From assembly GCA_051362555.1 (NCBI GenBank), contig CM120648.1:16240587-16304586 (forward strand): a DNA stretch of 64,000 nt, given 5' to 3'. Both the position numbers and the translations under genes were made by a program. The notes beneath the pieces were generated by a model. The model saw only the letters and a list, made by a program, of their open reading frames with translations, was not told the DNA's origin and searched no databases. Shown here in pieces: positions 37,067 to 51,300 of this stretch; the stretch's first letter is position 1; the number at the start of each line of letters is the position of its first letter. This stretch comes from Lingula anatina (taxonomy: Eukaryota; Animalia; Brachiopoda).

Positions 37067-40000
37067 TCAATCATTATCATAATCATCGTCGTCATGGTAA
37101 CCGTTGCCACAGAATTTCGTCAAGACGTACACTGTGGCCTCATACGTGGACATCATAACGGCTGTGTTTGGAATTTGGCGGACAAGTTGAGTTCCGAGGC
37201 CGCGGTACAGACCGCGCCGACCCTCCTCGCGTAGCACCGTACCTAGCGTCTGGAAGAACGATTTATACTTGTTTCCTTCTTCTCTCAGTCGCGTCCTGGC
37301 AACTTCTGAATATATGAAAATAAAAAAGAAATCAGATGGATAAGAAGGTTTTTACCGTTTACAACAGGTTTTCTGAAAATGCTGCGTAGTTTATTCAAGT
37401 TGCATCGGTGCAAGTTCCTAAAATGGGGGAAAAATTAAGAGAAATATTTAGAAACCGCATTGAACTTATACAAACATTATTCTAAAATCAATGTGAAAAC
37501 TATTTTTATATTATTACAGGATTATAACAATAAGATGCCAAATACCAATAACATTTAAACTAACCGTGTGGATATGCAATGCAGGAAGCAATGGTCTTGG
37601 AAATCGCGCCGGCAGCCATGAACCTGAAGAAGTCTGAGAAAGTCCTGTCTTCCGCCAGCGTGCTCCCGCCATACTCGACTAGGTATCGTTTAACGTATTC
37701 GTAGATCACAAAGTGGATCATTGTCTCTGATATCCCGTAGTAGGAGGCAGTGATGCCCTTGTAAAAGCCCGGAATGCCCTGCGTCCTTCCAATTTTTAAG
37801 ATGCACTGCCGCATGGTGAGAGAGCCATTTTTTCTGGAAAAAAGTGTACTACTACTACTACTAATAATAATAATAATAATAATAATAAAAATAATTTGAT
37901 GTTAGGCTAATTCATTGAATATTAAATGGTAAACTACGCAATATTTAGCTTACTATAAATGTTAGAACATGTAGTATTAAGTTAATTTATTATTTATTAA
38001 ATTGTAAAATTCATGGAAATTGAGACAGACAATTTCGTACAAATAATGAGGATGGATAAACATAATGGCTGTTGAAAGACTGACATATTTAGTTACTTCA
38101 ACAGATGGGAGTTACAAACAAAATGTTGGAATAAAACTATTCAATTTCTAAGCCACAATCAGACAAGAGATTGCGGTTTATCCCCAACCTTCACTACCAC
38201 AATATTGTGTCCTACACACAACAACCTAAAGCTTCGCTGAACATCACATTTACTTAAATGAGCTTTCGTTGAAATTTAAGCAACTTGATCACTGAATCAG
38301 CAGCATTTTAGACAGGGACCAAATATACAGTATAACACTCCACTGCAGCCTCTGAATCGCTCAATTTATTATTGTTTTTATTGTTTCTCTTCATCAATGT
38401 TACTCTTTTAGTCTATGCCTTAAAATACACTATGTCAACATTCACACTTGCTGCATAATCTGGACCAACTCAAGCGGCTGCCTTGAATGTCAAGGCACTA
38501 TAAAGCTAGCTTGCTCACTATACCCTTCCATATGTTACTTTTTTAGTGCTGATGTGGGATATATACATATATATGGAATAAAGTCGAGCTGGCAATACCA
38601 AAAGTTAGAACCTAGGGTAGAAGAGGCACATGTCTTATTCAATGTGAGCTCTCATCAGTCACGTACCCTGGTCTATTTCCTAGTTATATCAGGGATGCTA
38701 GTGGGGTCCGGAAAGAAAACCTGAACTTTTTTTTGGCAAAGACCGGGGGGGGGGGGGGGGGGGGATACAAATTGATTATGAAACAATTACTATATTTCAA
38801 ATTTTATTTAATAAATATATTGCAATATATGTCATCACAACTTCATGGTAATTTTCAACAGTTGTTTCCAAGGATAATCTTGACATTGACAAGATGGAAG
38901 TGCCATCAGTACATAAACACCTACCACCCATAGTAGACAGTAATGATCCCTCACGTAAGCTTGATAATCACCAGCATGATAATGATAGTCACTAAATGTT
39001 AATCCCTTTCATTTATCATTTTCAAAGATTGGTAATGGCTAATATCGTCTGTTCCCCTCTCCGCGAAATCCATTTAGTTTGGTTTAGTTCAAAATTCCGC
39101 GCACGCGGTGTCAAAACTTTCCACATGGGTGCCGACATTAAAGCCTACATTTCCAACCAATCAAGCGCCATAAATAAATCACGTGCTACGGTTGTGACTA
39201 GATATTGTGTTGAAACGCAGCTCTGTCGCAATGGTTGAAATGCGACGTTCCTCTGACGCATCGTTCGTCCAGTCCGCGACCACGTTAAAAACGAGAATTC
39301 CGGAACAAAATATAGTACCAGAAAATTTTATAACTGGACGCAAAAAACCGGAATTCCGGTAAAAACCGGAAGACTAGCATCCCTGTTATATAGGTCACAT
39401 TTTAGGACATGAAAACTGGGTTACCTCTTGACCTCACTCAGGGTAGACACTGGCTGATTTGGCTTCATATTTGCTTTTAGGCAAGAACTTTGTACGGCTG
39501 GTTCCCAAGATAAACAGAAACACTTATTAGCAAAATATCAGGCCTGCTGCAAATTTGCAGTTAAGTTGCAGCAAATTTGCTGCAAAGTGCAATTCCTTCT
39601 TGTGAATTTGTTGCCATAGGGCTGCAAATTAGCAGTGCTAAATTTCTTTCTTGCAGACTCCTGATGCAATATGGCTGCAAAATTTTCATTTTGCTAAAGG
39701 TTAAGTTACTGCTATTACAGAAAGCTTAAGTCTGGATCAGTGGATAACGGAAAGATTTGGGTTACCAGTAAAAGTTATACAAATGGTTTAGGCCTGGTAT
39801 ATGAAGTAGATAGGGTGACGTTGGTTGAGAAATTCCACAAACGAGAGTCCTAAGACAAAATATTAAGGGCAAGCAACATCCATAAAAAAGCAAATAAATA
39901 AATGGGAATTTTAAAAGTGCATGTCTAAGACACTTTCTATCTGTATCAATTTCCCCTGGATGCACTATCATGTCTAAATATATTGCCCACAGACTCCATA

Positions 40001-43000
40001 TTTTAAAGGGTATAAGAAAGGGCAAGTTTTTTTTTTTTTGTAAATACTCATTCATTATTATTATTAATACATTATTATTATTATTTGTGTCTTTGAATAA
40101 ACTATAAGTCAATCACTTTATTATGCATATATAATAATAATAATAATAATAACTGATATCATCATTCTTATTTTATTTGTAAACTATTTTCTACTTACTT
40201 CTGGTCTAGCTGTAATCTGGTCTTGACTAGCCATATTGGGTTTGTTAATGTACAAGCCGTAAAACCTGGTAAAAACAAAACAAAAAGAATAAAGATATGC
40301 ATGTCCACTTATAACCATCTCAATCAATTCCTAGAACCATCAGCATCAGCCTTTTTCAGTTTCAGGCTAAATTTGGTTAAAAACAAATTCAACCCAGTTT
40401 GAAATGATGGGACCATTCCCAGACCCTATCGTACTAATTGTGGATCAATCTATCTCCAATGGAATTCGCGCTAAATTGCAATCAACTTAAGCAGTTTAGA
40501 TGTGTGGCATGCCTACTGAAGCTGTTACGGGGTAATTAACTATCATTTAGCAGCTTTGGTAGACAGCCACTTAAGTTGAAAGTAATTTAGCAAGAAACCC
40601 CCTTGGAGATGGATCAATCCTGTTAGATCTATCTGGGAATGGGAACACAGCCACAGCTGGTGGATCAAATTGCTTGTTTACCAGTTCTTGCAGACATTAA
40701 AAAGCTGCTACATTGGCTTGGTCAACAGCTGCATATTAAATGTGTTATGATATGACTAAACCTGACACAGTTGAATTAAACTGCTTTAAGCCTACAATAC
40801 AATATTAATATGTTACCACTTCATCTCATGTTTTTACCTCGGCCTTAAGGCGCTTAGTCACAATCAACATTTCTACTTCAATTAAAAATTTTAATGCACT
40901 GCCCACTACAAAAGCACCATTACTGTAACATGCAAATTGTAAATGCAAATTAATTTTATCATCATTGTCATTATAAAATTATCACTTAAAAACAATCACA
41001 AAGCATCAGTTACTTAATAATTAAACACGTGGTTGCTTTCCAATATATATCAAAAATGACTTCCTTTCTAACCAATCAAAAATGTCTGTCTCTGCTGCGC
41101 ATCCCATATTAACCTACTGACCCTGTAAAAGAAGCAGAGCCATCTCCAGCCTCCCTTTGACCCAGTGAACTCTGCAGCGTGATGTTATTGTAGATCAACC
41201 GCAAGGTTTACAAATACTTGCTATAATTTTGGAAGTCAGGAGAGATTGAAGCAACATCAGATGTTAAGATATATACACACGCTTCTGTGCATGCACACAA
41301 ATTTCATACACACGTACACACATGTATTTTCATATGCACGCACACATATACACATGCACACAGATATGGAGGCAAACACATGAAAACAAATGCAACATGC
41401 ATTCAGTCACACAAATGCATGTCAACCACTTGCCATCACACACTCAAACACATGCGCACGCACACAAATGCTAACAAACTTCAGTTGAAAGTGCTCCCTG
41501 ACTTAAAAGCTTTGAATAATCTCTGAGGCTGCAGTCAGTCTATATAAAATTACTTGTTTACAACTTGCTTCCTGTTTTACACCACAGCTGGGTCAACTCA
41601 GTACTATATAAAATACTGTCTGATGTTGTTTTTGACTGCTCTGGCCGGCTGCTACTATATCTGCACTCCAACAATCCTGTTTGACAGCTTTTTTTCCCCC
41701 CAATAAAATGTGCACTGCTATCATCATTTTCCATCCTTTGTGTAAGGTGAAATTGCATCAATTTTCTGATAACTCTTGATTACATTTATTATTATTTTTT
41801 TTTTTTTTGCCCTGTAACATTTACATCAATATTCCACAGCTTAAATAAACTGAAAAAAACCTGTTTGATATCTAGGGTCGCTAAAAATGGATATCAAACA
41901 TGGCGGAAAGGATTTTCTTATATTTTTTCCCTTTGTTTTCATATTGTTACACATTTTTTGATGCATGACTGCTGCAAGAGCACCTTAATTCTATACATGC
42001 AGACTAAGAGGGACACATCTTGCTGCCCCCCCCCCCCCCCCAAAAAAAGTTGAAAATGTTGATGTACCCTTAGGAGTTTACAGTTTAAAGATCTCCCCTT
42101 TCAAAAAATAGAAAAGAAATATACACAAACCATCTTAAAAATGTAATGAATGCTCATTGATCATGAATAGCATGGTACCAGATCCAAAAATAAGTCAATA
42201 GCGTTTATGACTTTCTTGTGCTTTCTAGTAATGTGCTCTTCTTGACCCACGCATGCGTTCCTCTTCCTCACGCCAAGCACGTGTACAGTTGTAACTGAAG
42301 AGCACGTGCTATGTATATTTTGGATGCAAACCCTGCGTGGCTGCGAAGCAGTCAGAGCAGAGAGACCAATCATACAACTGAACACACGGGGTGAAATAAC
42401 TGAGAAATACATATTTTGGATAGTTGCACTGCTTTTTCTGGCATTAGAAAAATGAGGCCATCATCCTTTATGCAATGGGAGAGGTGTTATCACGGTGAAA
42501 TATGTATTTTGGGAACATATGACTGGACTGAAATGCAGGCTACAATTTTAGACTGATTATTTTCTTAGCACAGGGGTAAGTGGGGGGGGGGGGGGGTTGG
42601 GAAGGGGGTATAATAAGTCCACCTAAATGTGGTGATTGCTTAGTTTCGACTGGAAGCAGGAAGACGAGACCAATTATTCTCTTAATACCTGGGATGGGGG
42701 GGGGGGGGGGTTCAATATGAAATATCCTTTTGGGAAAAACGTTGTGGCCTTAATCATAGGCAGATAAATGATTACAAAAATAATCAATTTCTAGGCACAT
42801 GGAGGGAAATATCATCCTGAAATATTCTTGGCACAAATTCTTAGGTTTATTCCAGGCAGAAAAAGGGCCAATCACTTTCTGAGCACATGGTGGAAAATAT
42901 CACGTCCCCAGTCGCCACGTTGAGTAATCATGTAGCAAAAGAAGCCTAAAGATAATCTTTATAAGAGACTTAAATATAGACATAGTTGTTGGCAGCATAA

Positions 43001-43856
43001 AAGGGTGATTACTAACGCTGTTCAAGTGTACAAAGTCATATAAAGCTCGCTTGCTTCATTTCCCATTTGATCATGCAACAAAACATCATTCAGCCAAAAT
43101 GAAGGAATTCAAAATAAAAATATAAAACCCAACAAAAAAATGTTAATTCAATAAATAAGTTTAAAGTGAGAGAGATTTTTATCTTGACCACAGGGGCACA
43201 GTGGGCAACTGCATTAAATCCACGAAAGAATCAATTTTCAAGGCAAATGGATCCATTTTGTCTATCATAATTCATGAAGTACTTTTCTCCTAGGTTTAAG
43301 ACAAAATGAGTCATCCAGCGATCTGTAACGAAGACCAGCGAGTTTATCACTGCATTATTTACAACCAGCATTTATGAAAAGTAAACACAACCCCGTGTTC
43401 CATGACCTTATTACAAACCAACCAGGTACGCAATATACATATAATGTATTTGAAACATGGGAGCCTCAGGGTGCAGAATTAGCAACTGTCAGAAAATTGA
43501 TATTTCTGGGAGGATTTCTGTTCTCTTAACAGCTCAGAGAAACCACCACACCGAGAAAAGGTCATTCTTCCTTCTGGTGTTATCTAATGCCTATTTGATG
43601 TCGGAATGGGAGGGGAAAACGTGAGATCTCTATTGATCCTTGTGTCATTCTGGTTGCTCACTAGAAAATGGCTCATATTTTTCAGCCTTTGCCATTTTGC
43701 ACTTTGATAAATAGAAAAATTGGAGTACAAATGTTATGTCAATTTCTTTTGAAATATTAAGTTCGATATCATATATATTTGAATGTTTTAGCTTTTATTG
43801 ACCTTGTAGGTTGTGAAAACGCATTCAAATACTCCATTGACTTATGAAACACAATT

Positions 43857-43887
<31 letters not shown>

Positions 43888-46796
43888 AATCTCAAACCAG
43901 GATGCTTCCTTCTTTCCCCATGATCCAGGTAACATAAATTCTCAGAACTACAGGTAATCAGGCACAGATCACATCATAACAGCCCGAGTGCAGTGTGATT
44001 CATGCCTTGGCAGACTTGGCTGCATGCATGGCACATGCTCTGTGTTCACGTTGACCTTGTAGCAGGAGATTTCCAGCATGTGCAGGCAATGTAATATACT
44101 TATAATTAGGGTACTTAGTTATGTGTGTATGCATTGGGGAGGGGGGGGGGGGGTGCATAAACCTTGTGAACTGCTCTTTCTTACCTGCCACTGCTGCAGA
44201 GCTGAGGTGGACGACCCACGTATCTGGTGCACAGACAGCGTTGAAATACTTTTTGGATTTGGCATAGGAGAAGAAATAGATAGCCCTGGAAGAGAAGATA
44301 AATCACAATGAGAAATAATATATGCAGCATTGTAATATCAGAAGCAGGGAAGGAGAAAAAAAAATAACAATGGCATTTTAAATATTAAATAACAATCTTT
44401 GTTTATTCGAACATGTTTTTACCCTTATAAAATAGTCCAATGCTAATGCTAATGCCAGTATTTAACAAGGTGGAAAACCACCTCAATTCATGATTTATTC
44501 AGTAGAAAAAGACAGTAAACACTTTTTTTTCTTAATTAATTTGTCTTGAATTATCCCCTGGCTACCTGCCAAACTGCTTCAGAAAATATCTAAATATGTA
44601 CAGTAAGCTTTATTATAAAAGCAGACATGGGGAAATTGACAGTCTGACATGCTAGGACCACTTGAAGGGCCAGAGGACCGGCAAGATTTTTTGATAATGC
44701 AGTCCTTGTGAAAATACAATAAATAAATAAAAATTAATTGCAGGCAATCATAGGCTTATGAAAATAAAACAGTTAAGACCAGCACAGAATAAGGAAAAAC
44801 CTGCAGATTTCTTGCTGTGCATGTCCCCTGAAGACCTTCAGTACCTTAAAAGTCTTCCCCATGTCTGTGAAACCACTTGTTCACTACATGAAACCAGAAT
44901 GATATCTAAACTCAGCAGAGTTGCCACAACCTTTTACACATGGAAAAAAAAAACAGGACTTAGAAGCATAAATACAAAACCAGGGAATAACTACAGGTTA
45001 ATGCTTCAGAAACATAAACCAAACCTGACTAATCTACATGTGCAAAAGCTACATCATGTGATGTTTACGAGAATGTTCAATTTCCACAATGCTTGCTCTT
45101 TGCTTTAGGTCAACACAAAGACTGTTTATGCTAAGGACATATTGAATGGAGCCCGTCTATTTTTAGGACTAACGGCTTATAAATAACACAGGCGGCAACA
45201 GTTCAGCCACTGAAAGCTGAGAATGTATTTTTGAACTCAACAGCTAGGGGGCAATTGTGTATCAATGAATTGAAGAAAAAAAAAATGCCACTCCTTCTCT
45301 TTTCAGGTTCATATTGTATCATGTTATGTTTTAATTACACATCAGTACTTTCCATCTGATTTATAAAATCATGATTTCTTTCCATCACTTGTTACACAGT
45401 TATATTTTTGCCCAGACGGAATTGTAACCAATAGCAGATATATTCAATATCTCCACTTCTCCTGTTTGGTTGGTCTATTTATCTGCCACTATGAACTTGA
45501 TCACAACAGAGCACCTGCATCCCTGGATATCGCGTGTCCCTGGATATCGCGTGTCCGTGTCAATAACCTACTTCTTCCTTCCGCAGCTGCAGTTGTCATT
45601 TCACCATCACAAAATGTGGATAAAAACTTGACGGTCACTCTGACCAGTGACCCCCACAAAACTACTGGCAAGAATTAAAACTAAATAGAACCAATGTCTG
45701 TCCAGTCTGACACTGACCACAGACTGGCCTTCTCGCTCTCTTTTTTAACAAAATTTCCATCTGTCACAAAACAGAAAAGTGCTTTTCACAAAACAGAAAA
45801 GGGGCATTCTTTGTAAGTGGACATCTAGCATATAAATAAATAAATAAATAAATAAAACTTTCTCTAGCCCTGGTAAAGTGTATAACCCACAACAACTATC
45901 AGTAAAAGTGAAGTCAGGCCAATGAACTTGTGAAGACTAGGGGGACCCCAAGATTTGCTGGATTATTAAAGCAGACACCTGCTGTAGGTACAGTAAAGAC
46001 AAATCTTACAATTCAGTAGCCCTGGCTTTCTGGCCAGAAGGCTTCAGCAGCTTCACACAATTTTCAAGCTGTGTCCATACAGATAATGGAGATATAATTG
46101 AAAACAAATGTGCAACTGTCGAAGCAGGATAATGGAGATATATAATAAGACCCTCCCCCTTTTCCCCCAATACCAAATAGCTCCACCTGCTTGTTACTCA
46201 CATCAATAAATTTTTTCAAGGACCAACACAAAACCCACTGGTTGCGGAGGAGTGAATATTGTAGCAATGTGTCATTATATATAATTAATGCCAGTGGACA
46301 TTAAGAGGGCTGTTCCCATTCATCTTACCTGCTTTCTGATCAAAACAATATATTTGTCCATCTGAGGTCACAAGTGTGTGTCATGAACCAATAACCACAA
46401 GTACACTTACAGTCCACGTAAAAGGAAAACACTCATTAACAAAATAACAAGTACATTACTGGGGTAGCAGTAACACCTGTCAATTGAGCCAAATGCTACA
46501 ATATACTAAAATTGGCTAAACAAAATACTAGTAGGGTTGACTTGACTTATTTTAGTCAAATTTAAACCATTTGGTCAAAAAGGTGGTGAAGAAGTACAAT
46601 TTGACTAAAGAAAAGACATTGCTAGTGCCAGCCCAGATATAAAATTATATAGATAAATTAAATAAACATACCTTGATGGGGCCACCCCCAGGAGGTTAGG
46701 TCCCAGTCCCTTGAACAGAGCTCTCCCACCTTCTGTCCTATATATGTGCCTGGAGTAAGAAATGTATCTATGTTTATTATGCAATATTAAAAGTTG

Positions 46797-46831
<35 letters not shown>

Positions 46832-49800
46832 TACAATGTTTTTGATCCAAAAGGGCATCAGCATACCTTAATGTTTTTTTTTTTCAAATGTTATAATTTT
46901 AAATCATGAAAATGTTTTCCCTAAATTGTCTGCAACTCATAAAATGTTAGCTGATTTTTTTTTCCCATTGGTGTACAATTCAAGACAAAGTTTAAAAGCA
47001 AAGCGTAGTCAATTTGCTTTTGATAATTGAACCAGCCAGCTGCAGCACATCCAGGGTTGCACTACATAACATGACAGCAGCAGGAAACAGACATGTATAC
47101 AAAACCTGTCTGTCAAATCAGCTTGGAAAAACTTCATTGTAAACAAATGCACTCTCCTGATGAAGTATTTTAAATATCTAATAATATCTCTATGTTTGAC
47201 TATGTGCTATCTTAGAAGCAGTCAAGACTTTACTTGAGATTGCTAAAACATCTGTACAGGCCCATAGCCAGGCAAAAGGGGGGGGGGGGTGGAAGAACCC
47301 CTTTATTTGATGGGAAAAGGTCCCCTCTGGATTAAATTTTATCTAGGTACTCAAAGGGTTATTGGTAAAAGGTCCACTGTTTCAGAAAAAGAACCTCCCT
47401 TTTGTAACTATTGGCTGGGCCTGTTATATATTTGATTCGGCTGAGGACCAATGCTATTTACTTTCAATGCACAGTAGCATGGCAGTAAATGCACTTCCAA
47501 AAACAAGAAGCATTTTGGCCTTTAATCAATCTCTCTGCAGTAGGTCATGCAGTCAACAATTTCCTTTCATTCAAAACAAGCAATTATAATCCAGGGTCCA
47601 TATATTATATTCTGCTATAAATAATAGTTCATGTAAACAAAATAATTCACTCTCACTGCCAGCTGATATTGTTACATAACTTCAATACTTGGGGAGAAAA
47701 CAGAGTAACAACAGGGGTGGGGGAGGAAGCATAGTCATATGTTTTAACACAATGTTAAAACAATGGCTCTGCCACATTTAAATATCAACATTTGACTTTT
47801 CTTCTCAATCCCATCTTAAGCTGTTTGACCTTTACTCATTTCTCTGTGCAAGAGCTTATGTAATCAATAATTTGTCAAAGCAAGCAAATCCATTTGAGGA
47901 TACAGCTCTACTGATATAAACAGTAAATATGGGCATCTGAAATATGTAAATTAGCACTGTCTGTATACACTTCTTTCTTATTATTATCAAAAAACAAAAT
48001 TTATTGTTCGAAATAGCTCGGTTATGCCAGGATCAGTTTATGTTAACCGTTACTGAATTGGAAGATAGGAGTCGTGAGCTGACCATGCCTAAGCGTTTGT
48101 TTTTTGGTTTTAACATATACATCTGAAGTAACTGAATAAACTGATAATTAGCATGGCATAAGGTGGGTTCTGCAAAAAACAATAATAATATCAAATAGAT
48201 GTCAATTTTTAATGGGCTGACTTTTCACGTAAACTATAATTTTTTCGGGGCTTTGGTATACCTGTTAATTCTGCTAAGTACTAACAATGAGGCTTTCGTT
48301 GCAAGATACATCTGACTTCTTATCAAGTGTGTGACCTTAATCCCTTAAGTCCACAACAGCCTTAGTCCAGCAGAATTGTCTTAAGTAAACATAGTTGACT
48401 AAATTATGTCAAGTGCACTAACCAACATGCATCTTTGGCAAAATGAAGTTCTGAAACTTTTCCTACCATACACAAACAGTGGATGAAAAAAATATAAACT
48501 AAGGGATCAAAGGCATTGAAAAAACTGAACTAAGTCTTTGGATAGGTTTATGATTTAGCAGAAGTTAAACTAAGAATTTTAACGGAGTGGCAACACATCT
48601 GTAATCTTCTTAATAAGGGTATCACCACATGGTTTGTCTATCGTAAGTCCACAACTGGCTACTCTAACACCTTTACCATCTGAACAATACAATTACCATG
48701 CCAAGTAAAGGAAGCCTGTTCAAGCCATTTTAACAATGCCCAATGTGTGCACAGTTTTAAGGACATGCCCCCACTGTGCCGAATCTCTGACCAATGTAAA
48801 CATTACCTCAGGACTTCAGGACAAGTCCATAAAGGACAATAAAATATTAGTTTCAGGCTGAAGTGCCCCCCCCCCCCCCTGCAGCCCCCATGATATCTAC
48901 TATCATTTAGCTATAATTCTGTAAGAGAGAGAGAGACCCATTTCAGAAATAATCCAGAGTCTGAATATACAAGTACATGTTTATCTTTTCTACCAATTTC
49001 CTGGTAAAAACACTTTCATCAAACAACACCTCATCTTCATGTCAATTTTTAAAATAAATCAATATCAATATTTCATCAATTCTATCATCAATAATAATAC
49101 TAGTTCTAAGAAATATTCTTAACAATACCTGAGACAAGCTAAAATTTGCAATCGGGGTCTATTGGGTACGTTACTGGAGGAATCCACCATCACGGCCATA
49201 CTGGTAGAAGTGCTGTATTTGGCCCTGTGTTGTGTGGTGAACATTGGTGAAGGGACGTAGCTGACCGTTTGTGAAAAATGGCAGCATGAAGACTGCTGGC
49301 GTGTCTTTAAAACCTCTAAAGGGCATGTCAGTATTGCACCGCAGGTTCCACCAACTCTGCAAAACAAACAGATAAACAATTATAATTAGTAAACATAATA
49401 ATCTGGGGTATTGTGGCAATTTTTTTCTCTTAGCCAAATCATAGCTTTCTCATCTCTTTTTTTCCCCAAATGGTTTAAATTTGAATAAAGCAAGTTAAAT
49501 CAACCATCTTTTTTTTTGTTTAGCCAACTTACTAGTAAGTCAGTTTTAGCATTTGGCTAATTTGATGAGTGTTAGCGCTTCCCCAAATAATAATTTTATT
49601 GTCTAATCATTAACTAAGACCAGTTCTGGAGAAGATTTAACACAATGTGTGACATTTGGTCATACGTGCGTGTACCACAGCACGCACACACAGGCCTATT
49701 TTCAAGTGAACTATTTATCAACCCACCAATCCAAACTTTGTTACTTAATATTCATGACAATTAATGAACAATAAGGTAGCTGGCATCAAAACCAATTAAT

Positions 49801-50123
49801 GAACAAGTCAGACACCTAAGCTGTCGGCAACATCCTGGTGCTCCGAAAATAATAGTCCATCAGGGTTAAGGGGTTGCCCTAACTGACATTAACAAGATAG
49901 AAAGAATGCCAAATGTATGTGTGGGATTCGCACTGATGATCCGTACACACATAGCGAGCACGTGGTCGCAAGGTGAGATGAGTCAATCAAACCTCCGTTA
50001 CTCCTGAATTTTTATGGCCTTCTCATGTGGTATATTTTGGCCATGCAGATAAGTTAATAGCCTATACTTTCTGGTGACCATGAAATAATGAATTAATGGG
50101 CATAGATTGTTTCCGAAGCAGAT

Positions 50124-50164
<41 letters not shown>

Positions 50165-51300
50165 TCAAATTATCCATAGGGAAATCCCATCATTACTTTC
50201 TACAATTTATTTTCTTACTCTTTATCATTCTCTTTAGAAATGCACATCCTTTAAAAGCACACCACTGTATGATGACTCACATGAATCCATTATCATATTT
50301 ACTTCCTGTATGAACTTCTTTAGTTGTTATTACCAGGACTTGTAACATTAATATACCACAAGCTTATTCATACCTAGGGCCTAAGCCAAAATAAATAAAT
50401 AAATGCTTGAAGTAAATAGGTACAAGGTGACAAAATCAAGAAAGGTTTGGTAATATATTTAGATCATCAAAATTTTGTCCTGAGGGAATTCTGCTGACCT
50501 TTTGTATGACAACAGATGACACCTTTCTGTACTTATGAAAATAAAACCCCCTTTAGTGTGCATCAGTAAATTCCCCGTCTATACTTTGCAGTTATTTCAC
50601 CAACAAGAAATAAAAGAAATGAATTCACAGCTTAGCCCTTGACAAATACTTATACATAAAAGGCTCAAGCTTGACTTAATAGAAAAGTCCAGATCAAATA
50701 GAAAAATAGCCTCTTGTCTTTCACCACCTTATCCTCATAAAACTGTAACAGCAACACTTGATTGTAATCTTGAGTTGCCACAAGGGACAAGTTTAGGCTA
50801 TTTTTGCGAATACATCACAATATCAAACTATCTTAATAAGGACAGTGTTTGGGTGATACTTGACATATCAAGACTTCAGGTAATTTAATCATATATACAT
50901 GTGCATCTATGTGCTTAAAACAATGAAAATAATAACTTAAAAGTGTCATAAACAAAATACAAGTGATATGGGTCCACAGGAAATTGTTATATAACTTGGA
51001 ACCCCCCCCCCCCCCCCCACGAAATTCTAAATAAACGCACGAACAATCAAGTAATTATTGTAAGTCACCATTTCCACTAAAGTGATAGTTAATCAAACAT
51101 TATGGGACAGAGTATGGTTTGAAATATTTCCTTGCTGTTACATCAGGACCAGCTGCATTGCATTACTATATTGTCATTACTTGGTCATTGCACACCACGT
51201 TTTAGACAGAAAGATCCCGTTAACCCTGCAAGAAACAGGAATTCATGTCTACTCACCCGCCTGCAATAAGATGAACCCATGTCTTCCAATCGGCAGACAT
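37067..51300 (-). CDS. SLC25A36: Mitochondrial pyrimidine nucleotide carrier, SLC25A36/SLC25A33 (Rim2) family
   Basis: Seven exons in frame: 51300-51257, 49356-49129, 46749-46672, 44285-44185, 40265-40199, 37833-37565, 37305-37067 (TGA). Three carrier signatures [20 protein letters not shown] and [10 protein letters not shown], plus [20 protein letters not shown] and [10 protein letters not shown]. An invertebrate gene is probably co-orthologous to both A33 and A36. Confidence 0.93.
38690..39385. mobile_element. Non-autonomous DNA transposon with CAGGGATGCTAGT TIRs (hAT-like termini)
   Basis: CAGGGATGCTAGT at 38690 and ACTAGCATCCCTG ending at 39385, subterminal CCGG motifs, TTATAT directly repeated on both flanks. 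Confidence 0.75.
40409..40647. mobile_element. Palindromic MITE, family A
   Basis: ccattcccaga...tctgggaatgg arms with cgctaaattgca, cttaag and ggtaattaac motifs shared with 17877-18131. Confidence 0.75.
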
